A stretch of 63,990 nucleotides of DNA, counting the filler, from Caldilineae bacterium (lineage in GTDB: Bacteria > Chloroflexota > Anaerolineae > DTLA01), in NCBI GenBank assembly GCA_037446815.1. It is 3 parts of 3 records of this genome, joined end to end, with 100 filler letters (N's around TTAATTAATTAA, not from the genome) between each part and the next. Parts side by side here need not be neighbours in the genome. Positions count along the whole stretch, not along the records: positions 26,978 to 53,362 come from JBBIHX010000030.1; positions 53,463 to 63,990 come from JBBIHX010000098.1; 1 more part is not named here. One strand, written 5' to 3'. Shown here piece by piece: positions 48,594-55,976 of this stretch. Below the pieces are notes generated by a model. That model did no database searches and was not told the origin of the DNA. It was given only the letters and a program-made list of their open reading frames with translations. Position 1 is the stretch's first letter. The number at the start of each line of letters is the position of its first letter. The position numbers were made by a program, and so were the translations under genes.

Positions 48594-49043
48594 ATGTTGA
48601 CGATGAACTGGAAGAGGGTGGCCCTGGTGGGGCTGTTCGTGGCCGTCTGGGTGGTAGCGGCGGGGCTCGGGCCAGGTGGCGAGCCTGCGGGATCCGCGCT
48701 GGCCCTGGGGTTCACGTCCACGCCGACGTTCACGCCCGAGGCCCCGACGGAGACGCCCGCCCCGCCTACGGCGACGGCGACTCCTGTCCCGCCGACGGCG
48801 ACCGCCACGCCGGTCCCGCCCACGGCGACGGCGACTCCTGTCCCGCCGACCGTTGCGCCGCAGCCCACGCAGCCGCCCCCGCAACCGACGCAGCCGCCGG
48901 CTCCACAGCCGACCGCGACGCCGGTCGCCGCGCCGGCCCCGTCGGTCCCGAAGACCGGCTCGGGCCTGCTGGGGGCGATTCTGGCGGGCGCGCTGATTCT
49001 GATCCTGTTCGGTGCCAGGCGGGTTCGCACGGCCTCTCGGTAG
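48594..49043 (+). CDS. Small Pro/Thr-rich protein with an LPXTG-like (VPKTG) sorting signal
   Basis: GGAGG RBS, signal peptide, PPTATATPV repeats, then VPKTG + TM helix + RRVR tail. Confidence 0.85.
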   Translation: MLTMNWKRVALVGLFVAVWVVAAGLGPGGEPAGSALALGFTSTPTFTPEAPTETPAPPTATATPVPPTATATPVPPTATATPVPPTVAPQPTQPPPQPTQPPAPQPTATPVAAPAPSVPKTGSGLLGAILAGALILILFGARRVRTASR

Positions 49044-49187
49044 GGAAGCGGGCGGCCGTCAACCCGACCGCCCCGCTCGTTCCATCGCGCGGGTTTCGTC
49101 GCGCGCGGATAACGTCTGCGGCAGTCGCCACCGCCGCCGATGTCTCTCGTGGCATCGGCGGCTTTTGTTTGGGGCGGGGCCTCGGGT

Positions 49188-49216
49188 TTGACGGCTTCCC
49201 GTCGCGCCGCTAGAAT
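49188..49216 (+). promoter_or_regulatory. mutS promoter
   Basis: TTGACG-17 bp-TAGAAT. Confidence 0.7.
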
Positions 49217-49246
49217 TGGGCCATCATCCCACATCGTGGAGCGGCC

Positions 49247-51847
49247 ATGTCCACACCCGTTCGGCGGCAGTATCTTGCCATCAAGAAGCGGTTTCCGAAT
49301 ACCATCGTCTTCTTCCGCCTGGGCGATTTCTACGAAACCTTTGACGACGACGCCAAGACTGTGGCGCAGGTCTGCGACATCGTGCTCACCTCGCGGCCGG
49401 TGGGCAAGGATCAGCGCGTGCCGCTGGCAGGCGTGCCCTATCATGCGGTGGACGCCTACCTGGCGAAACTGATTGCGGCGGGGTACAAAGTCGCCATCGT
49501 GGAGCAGGTGAGCGATCCCAGGGAGAGCAAGGGCCTGGTCGCGCGCGAGGTGGTGCGGGTGGTAACGCCGGGCACGGTGGTGGAGCCGTCGCTGCTGGAC
49601 GAGCGGCGGAACAATTTCTTGGCGGCGGTGGCGCTGGAAGACCGCCGCGCCGGCCTGGCATACGTTGACATAACAACAGGGGAGTTCGCCGCGACGCAGT
49701 TCTCCGGCGACGACGCCGAGCGCGAAGTGCTCCAGGAACTTGCCCGCATCCAGCCGGCCGAATGCCTCATCCCAAGCGGCGCAGACGCGCGCGAGCGGGC
49801 CTTGCTGCGCGGGGCCGAGGGGCACATCACCGAGTGGGACGCCTGGCGGTTTGACGTGCAGACGGCGCGCGAGGCGCTGCTCAAGCATTTCGGCGTGAGC
49901 ACGCTGGCCGGCTTCGGCTGCGAGGGCTTGCCCCAGGCCATTCGCGCGGCCGGGGCTATCGTGCAGTATTTGGAGGAGACGCAGAAGTCCGCGCTGGCGC
50001 ACCTGGACTCGCTGACCACCTACAGCACCTCGCGCTTCATGACGCTGGACGCCTCCACGCGCCGCAACCTGGAACTGGTGTCCACGATTCGCACGGGCGC
50101 GGTGAAGGGGTCGCTGCTGGGCGTGCTGGACCTGACGCGCACGTCCATGGGCGGGCGCCTGCTACGACAGTGGCTGCTTCAGCCGCTGTTGGAGAAGCCG
50201 GCCATTGAGCGGCGACTGGATGCGGTGGAGGCGCTGTACAACGCCACGCCGCAGCGCATGAAAATCCGTGAGTTGCTGGGCGGGGTGGGGGACTTGGAGC
50301 GGTTGACCAACCGTCTGGCCCAGGGGATCGCCACGCCGCGAGACCTGCTCGGCTTGGCGCGGGCGCTGCGGCGCGTGCCGGACATCACGGCGGCGCTGGA
50401 CGAGGTGCTGGCCCAGACTGCGGCGGGCCATCCGCTGGCCGAATTGCGGGCGCGGCTCAACCCGTGCGAGGCCGAGGCGAGCCTGATAGAGGCGGCCATC
50501 GCCGAGGACGCGCCCGCTAGCCTTGCCAACGGTGGCGTGATTCGGCCGGGCTACTCCGAGGAGTTGGACGCCATCGCCCATGCGTCGCGGGATGCCAAGC
50601 AGTGGGTCGCCGGGTTGGAGCAGCGCGAACGTCAGCGCACCGGCATCAAGTCGCTGAAGGTGGGCTACAACAAGGTCTTCGGGTATTACATTGAGGTCAG
50701 CAAGGCGAACATGGACCGCGTCCCGCCCGACTACGTGCGCAAGCAGACGCTGGTCAACGGCGAGCGGTTCATCACGCCCGAACTGAAGGAATACGAGTCG
50801 CTGATTCTGAACGCCCAGGAGCGGCGGCTGGAACTGGAGACGCGGCTGTACAAGGAGTTGTGCGAGCGGCTGGCGGCGGCGCGGGGGCGGATGCTGGAAA
50901 CGGGCAGGGCGCTGGCCGAGTTGGACGTGTTGGCATCGCTGGCCGAGGTGGCCGTGCGCAACCGCTACGTGCGCCCCGACATCGCCGAGGATGGCATCAT
51001 TGACATCCAGGAGGGGCGGCACCCGGTGGTGGAACTGACGCAGAAGGACGAGCCGTTCGTGCCCAACGGGGTGCGGCTGGTTCCGGGCGAGGGCGAAATC
51101 ATCATCCTGACCGGCCCCAACATGGCGGGCAAGAGCACGTTCCTGCGGCAGGTGGCGCTCATCGTGCTGATGGCGCAGGTGGGGAGTTTCGTTCCGGCGG
51201 CCCGAGCGCACATCGGCATCGTGGACCGCATCTTCACGCGCATCGGCGCGCAGGATGAGATTGCCGCCGGCCAGTCCACCTTCATGGTGGAGATGGTAGA
51301 GGTGGCCAACATCCTGCACCACGCCACGTCGGCGAGCCTGCTCATCCTGGACGAGGTGGGGCGCGGCACCAGCACCTACGATGGCATTTCCATCGCGTGG
51401 GCGGTGGTGGAGCATATCCACAATCACCCGCGCCTGCGCGCCAAGACGTTGTTTGCGACCCACTACCACGAGTTGACCGATTTGGCCGATACCCTGCCGC
51501 GGGTGCGGAATTTTACCATGGCCGTGGCGGAGGAAGGCGATCGGGTCATCTTCCTGCGCAAGGTGGTGCCCGGCGGCGCGGATCGCAGTTACGGCATCCA
51601 TGTGGCCGAATTGGCGGGCCTGCCCAAGACGGTGATTCACCGCGCCGAGGAGTTGTTGCGCGAGTTGGAGTCGGGGCAGACTGGCGCGGCGATCAAGCCC
51701 CGAGCACCCCGCGCCAAGCAGTTGAGTTTCCTCACGGAGACCGACCCGGTGCTGCAGGAATTGCGCGACCTGGACATTAGCACCATGACCCCGCTAGAGG
51801 CCATCAACAAGTTGTACGAGTTGCAGCGCCGAGTGGGGAGGACCTAG
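49247..51847 (+). CDS. mutS: DNA mismatch repair protein MutS
   Basis: GDFYETF, GRHPVVE, TGPNMAGKST, STFMVEM, DEVGRGT, FATHYHEL, SYGIHVA. Confidence 0.97.
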   Translation: MSTPVRRQYLAIKKRFPNTIVFFRLGDFYETFDDDAKTVAQVCDIVLTSRPVGKDQRVPLAGVPYHAVDAYLAKLIAAGYKVAIVEQVSDPRESKGLVAREVVRVVTPGTVVEPSLLDERRNNFLAAVALEDRRAGLAYVDITTGEFAATQFSGDDAEREVLQELARIQPAECLIPSGADARERALLRGAEGHITEWDAWRFDVQTAREALLKHFGVSTLAGFGCEGLPQAIRAAGAIVQYLEETQKSALAHLDSLTTYSTSRFMTLDASTRRNLELVSTIRTGAVKGSLLGVLDLTRTSMGGRLLRQWLLQPLLEKPAIERRLDAVEALYNATPQRMKIRELLGGVGDLERLTNRLAQGIATPRDLLGLARALRRVPDITAALDEVLAQTAAGHPLAELRARLNPCEAEASLIEAAIAEDAPASLANGGVIRPGYSEELDAIAHASRDAKQWVAGLEQRERQRTGIKSLKVGYNKVFGYYIEVSKANMDRVPPDYVRKQTLVNGERFITPELKEYESLILNAQERRLELETRLYKELCERLAAARGRMLETGRALAELDVLASLAEVAVRNRYVRPDIAEDGIIDIQEGRHPVVELTQKDEPFVPNGVRLVPGEGEIIILTGPNMAGKSTFLRQVALIVLMAQVGSFVPAARAHIGIVDRIFTRIGAQDEIAAGQSTFMVEMVEVANILHHATSASLLILDEVGRGTSTYDGISIAWAVVEHIHNHPRLRAKTLFATHYHELTDLADTLPRVRNFTMAVAEEGDRVIFLRKVVPGGADRSYGIHVAELAGLPKTVIHRAEELLRELESGQTGAAIKPRAPRAKQLSFLTETDPVLQELRDLDISTMTPLEAINKLYELQRRVGRT

Positions 51848-51944
51848 GGGGCAGGGTCTTGCGTTATTGTTCTTGGGACCGTTGAGTCTATTCGCGTGGT
51901 ATCGGTTTAGCGGGGGGCTTGCTCTCCGGACATAGGAGGTTACT

Positions 51945-53362
51945 ATGAGACGCGTCCCTGCACCACTAGTTGTCGTCCTCGTTGTCGTCGCGTTTCTGTT
52001 GCCATCATTGTTGGCCATGGCTGCCGTGCCGAGCGGCGGCGCTCCTCAGCCCGCGCCGCGCCGTAGCCTTCCCGAAGCCGCCGATGTAAGCATCTGCGCG
52101 TGGGTTGTGGATACCCAGAACAACCGCGCCGTGGAGGGCGCATCGGTCTCGCTTCTGGGGCGATTCGCGGGCACGTGGCAGGCGCTGACTTCGGCGGTCA
52201 GCGATGCCACAGGGCATGTGCTGCTCACCTACACAGGGGAGACCCCCGAGCGCTTCGCATTGGTGAAGACTAACCCGCCTGGCTACGCCTCGGTCTCGGC
52301 CAGCGGCAGCGGCTGGACCGTCGTCAGCCCCGACCGCGTGGAATCCCCCGACGGGGCGTTGGGGTGCGCCACGTTTGTTGTCGTCGCCGTTGCGCCAACA
52401 TCCACACGAACGGCTACGCCGCGCCCCACTGCCACGGCAGGCAACACGCCCACCCGCACGCCTACCCCGCCCGTGAGCACCATCTACACCCTGTGCGGGT
52501 GGGTTGTCACGCCTAGCGGCACGCCGCTCGTCGGCTGGCCCGTGCGCCTGGACTGGTGGAACGGCGCTTCATGGGTGCGGCCCGTGGCGTCGGGCGTGAG
52601 CGATGGCAGCGGCCGCTTCTGCCTGACGACGGACACCCACGGCGGCCCCCCGCAATTCTCGCTGGTGCAGCAGCCCGTCCTACCAGGCTGGACGGCTGTG
52701 GACGCGCGGCCGCTCATCGCGGGCGGGACCGTGTCCGACGGCTACACCGTATTCACGTTTGGCGTGGGGGCTCCCGGCACGTACAACGTGGTGGAATTCG
52801 TGCGCGGTCAGAACACGCCCACGCCAACCCCTGCCCCGCCGCTGTCAAAAGTCGTTGGATACGTGTACGAGGACCTGCCCGTGCCGGTGCCGATCGCGGG
52901 CGTCCCTGTGCGTCTGTACGCCGTGGACGGCGGGATCACCCCTCTTGGCTCCACCTTCACCAATGCGTTTGGGTACTTTGAGTTTGAGGGCGCGTATCCG
53001 CCGGGCACGCTGGCCGTCATTGAGGAGGATTTGCCCGGGTACTACTCCACGCGCTCACTTGGCGATGAGCGGTGGGTCCCCATCACGGCGAACCGCGTGG
53101 ACAGCGATGGCAAGGTGCCCATCTGGGGCTGCCTGTACTTCTACGACCTGCGGGAGCCAACGCCCACGCCCACCGACACGCCAGAGCCGACATCTACGCC
53201 GACCGACACGCCGACGTCGCCCCCGCCCACCGACACGCCCACGGCGACGCCGAGCAGCACCGCCACTCCGGTGGCCACCCTGGAGCCGACGAGCACGGCC
53301 CAACCGGCCACGCCCACGCCGACGGGCACGCCAGAGGTGCCTGTTCCCACTGCCACGCCGAC
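51945..53362 (+). CDS. Secreted Pro/Thr-rich protein with three prealbumin-like (SdrD-B/carboxypeptidase-regulatory-like) domains; truncated at contig end
   Basis: AGGAGG RBS; signal peptide; three units of the type G.V...P..G..V.L....(S/T)(D/N)..G.F separated by PT linkers; runs into Ns. Confidence 0.75.
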
Positions 53363-53462
53363 NNNNNNNNNNNNNNNNNNNNNNNNNNNNNNNNNNNNNN
53401 NNNNNNTTAATTAATTAANNNNNNNNNNNNNNNNNNNNNNNNNNNNNNNNNNNNNNNNNNNN
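53363..53462. other. Artificial contig-joining spacer
   Basis: N44-TTAATTAATTAA-N44. Confidence 0.95.
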
Positions 53463-53473
53463 CGAAGAATCTC

Positions 53474-53500
53474 GTAGAGCAAGTTGGCAACTTGCTCTAC
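53474..53500. repeat. GTAG-initiated REP-like palindrome
   Basis: GTAGAGCAAGTTG-G-CAACTTGCTCTAC, same family as the 23.7-kb array. Confidence 0.8.
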
Positions 53501-53584
53501 TTTACCCCATCCGTGCCATCCGCGCACACAACCCCGGAGACGCTTCGCCTTCGGCATGGAGCCGACTGCGCACAACCCCAAAAC

Positions 53585-53613
53585 TTGCGCAAACGGTCGC
53601 AATGGGGTATAAT
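53585..53613 (+). promoter_or_regulatory. tRNA-Pro promoter
   Basis: TTGCGC-17 bp-TATAAT. Confidence 0.7.
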
Positions 53614-53628
53614 GTCCGTGTACCGAGT

Positions 53629-53705
53629 CGGGGCGTAGCGCAGTCCGGGAGCGCACTTGTATGGGGTACAAGTGGTCGGTGGTTCAAATCCACTCGCCCC
53701 GACCA
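53629..53705 (+). tRNA. tRNA-Pro(GGG)
   Basis: Acceptor stem CGGGGCG/CGCCCCG; anticodon arm CTTGT-ATGGGGT-ACAAG; TTCAAAT loop; A discriminator; encoded CCA. Confidence 0.96.
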
Positions 53706-53796
53706 GCAGAAATCGCTGTGGGTGGCCGATGCGCGTCATGCCGTCGGCCACCTATACTATCGGCAAGCCACCTCCTCCTGTGCACAGGTGCGCAGC

Positions 53797-55299
53797 ATGA
53801 GCGAATCCAACGACTATGGCAAGCCTCTCCCAGAAGACGACCGTCGGTTCCTGGCGAAAATCCAGGCGGACATGCCCATCACGTGCGACGTGAGCCGGGC
53901 CGATTTCTTGCTGTACCGCTTGCTGGACCCGCAGCGCGCCGTCGTCATTGCCCATGCCCGGCCCCGTTCCATCGCGCACACGCGCCTCTCGGCGGCCGAC
54001 GGGACCATCGTCTCGCCCCAAGAGGAGCCTCTCGTGTTCCGCGCCCTCAAGCAAGGCAAGCGCGGCACCGGCACCGGCATGATCCGCTCCACTGGCGCGC
54101 CCATCGTGCAGCAGGTCTATCCCATCATCGGACCCAGCGGGGCCGTCATCGCCGCCTTGAGCATTGAGTCCAACCTGCTGGAGCACGAGCGCCATCGCCG
54201 TCGCCGCCCCGCCTTCCAGCGCGCGCTGCGCCAGATGCAGCACATGTTCCTGCGCGGCCAGTTGGTCGGCGCCGATTCGCTCCAGCCCTTCGGCGAGCAC
54301 GACGGCATTCTCGTGGCAGACCGCGATATGCAAATCCTGTACGTGAGCGGCATCGCCACCAACCTTTACCGCCGACTGGGATACGGCGGCAATCTCGTGG
54401 GGCGCCATCTGACCTTTCTCAACACAGGCGACGCCGAACTCGTCCGTCTTGCCCTGTCCGAGGGGCGCTGCGTGGAGGCCGAGCGACAAGAGGGCTACCG
54501 ACACTGGGTGCGGAAGGTCATCCCGCTCCTGCCCGAGCCTGGCCTCGCGGGGCGCCTTCTGGGCATCCGCCCTAAGGAGCCGCCCGCGCCCGACAGCGTC
54601 ATGATCCTGATTCACGACGCCACTGCCGCCCGCAGGCGCGAGCAAGCCATGCGCGTGCGCACGGCCATGATCCAAGAAGTGCACCACCGCGTCAAGAACA
54701 ACCTGCAAGCCGTCGCGTCGCTCCTCCGCATTCAGGCGAGGCGCGCCAAGAGCGACGAGGCCCGCGCCGCCCTGAACGATAGCGTCAACCGCATCCTCAG
54801 CGTGGCGGTCGTGCACGAATTCCTGTCGCAACATGAGTCGCGGGTTATCAACATCCGCGACGTGAGCCAGCGCATCATCGCCCAGGTGGAGCAGAATACC
54901 GTCCCGCCCGACAAGCGCATCCGCTTCGGGTTCCGCGGGCGAAGCGTGTACCTGCCCAACCAGCAGGCGACCGCATGTGCCCTCGTCATCAACGAACTCC
55001 TGAACAACGCGCTGGAACATGGCTTCGCGCGCAAGTCCGAAGGCTCCATCACCGTGGAACTGGAAGACTCCGGCGACCGCGTCGCCATCCGCGTGGTGGA
55101 CGACGGCCAGGGCCTGCCCGATGGGTTTGATGTCTCCGAAGAGACCAGCCTGGGGTTGACGATCGTGCGCACCCTGGTGCAAAATGATCTAAAAGGTTCA
55201 CTGAGCCTAACGCGGCGGGCCGAGGGTGGCACTGTCGCTACGGTCATCTTTCCCAAAAACACTCTTGGAGGGGATGAAACGTGGATAGAACAAGAATAG
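53797..55299 (+). CDS. pdtaS: Cytoplasmic HisKA_2 sensor histidine kinase (PdtaS/EutW-like)
   Basis: N-terminal D.SRAD domain; EVHHRVKNNLQ; NELLNNALEHG; DDGQG; SLGL.IV. Confidence 0.88.
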   Translation: MSESNDYGKPLPEDDRRFLAKIQADMPITCDVSRADFLLYRLLDPQRAVVIAHARPRSIAHTRLSAADGTIVSPQEEPLVFRALKQGKRGTGTGMIRSTGAPIVQQVYPIIGPSGAVIAALSIESNLLEHERHRRRRPAFQRALRQMQHMFLRGQLVGADSLQPFGEHDGILVADRDMQILYVSGIATNLYRRLGYGGNLVGRHLTFLNTGDAELVRLALSEGRCVEAERQEGYRHWVRKVIPLLPEPGLAGRLLGIRPKEPPAPDSVMILIHDATAARRREQAMRVRTAMIQEVHHRVKNNLQAVASLLRIQARRAKSDEARAALNDSVNRILSVAVVHEFLSQHESRVINIRDVSQRIIAQVEQNTVPPDKRIRFGFRGRSVYLPNQQATACALVINELLNNALEHGFARKSEGSITVELEDSGDRVAIRVVDDGQGLPDGFDVSEETSLGLTIVRTLVQNDLKGSLSLTRRAEGGTVATVIFPKNTLGGDETWIEQE

Positions 55300-55868
55300 T
55301 CATCGCAGACGACGAATCCCTGATCCGCATGGACCTCCGCGAGATGCTGAGCCAGTTGGGCTACCTGGTGGTCGGCGAAGCGGGAGACGGGCAGAGCGCG
55401 GTCAACATCGCCCGCGAACTCAAGCCCGACGTGGTCATCATGGACATCAAGATGCCCGACCTGGACGGGATTGAGGCCGCCCGCGTCCTCACCCAGGAGC
55501 GCATCGCCCCTGTCCTCCTGCTCACCGCCTACAGCGACCGCGAACTGATTGACCGGGCGCGGGAAGCCGGCGTTGCGGGCTATCTGGTCAAGCCCTTCCG
55601 CGAGTCCGACCTGGCCCCCGCCATTGAAATCGCCCTGGCGCGCTTCGCCGAGTTCCGCGAACTGGAGAAGGAAATCGGCGATCTGCAGGAGACGCTGGAG
55701 ACCCGCAAACTCGTGGATCGGGCCAAGGGCATCCTCATGGACACCCAGGGCCTGACCGAGGCCGAGGCGTTCCGCCGCATTCAGAAGATGAGCATGAACA
55801 CCCGCAAGCCCATGAAAGAGGTCGCCGAGGCCATCATCCTGGCCCACGAGGCCACCAAGAAACCCTAG
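55281..55868 (+). CDS. pdtaR: Receiver-ANTAR response regulator (PdtaR/EutV-like)
   Basis: IADDE, MDIKMP, YLVKPF; ANTAR segment RKLVDRAKGILM...EAFRRIQKMSM. Confidence 0.93.
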   Translation: MDRTRIVIADDESLIRMDLREMLSQLGYLVVGEAGDGQSAVNIARELKPDVVIMDIKMPDLDGIEAARVLTQERIAPVLLLTAYSDRELIDRAREAGVAGYLVKPFRESDLAPAIEIALARFAEFRELEKEIGDLQETLETRKLVDRAKGILMDTQGLTEAEAFRRIQKMSMNTRKPMKEVAEAIILAHEATKKP

Positions 55869-55976
55869 CCGTAGCGCGGAGACGCAGCGCCGCGTCTCCC
55901 TTCTCGCTCCGCTCTTTCCGCCGATCCATCGCAGGATCCCAGCCGCGAAAGCGAGCCGCAACGTATGCGCCGAGCG

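Noticed and set aside
53602..53796. N-terminal extensions in the ORF track (also 45222, 60350, 5122, 10997)
   Set aside because: They overlap tRNAs, promoters or neighbouring genes; downstream starts fit family N-termini and in most cases an RBS.
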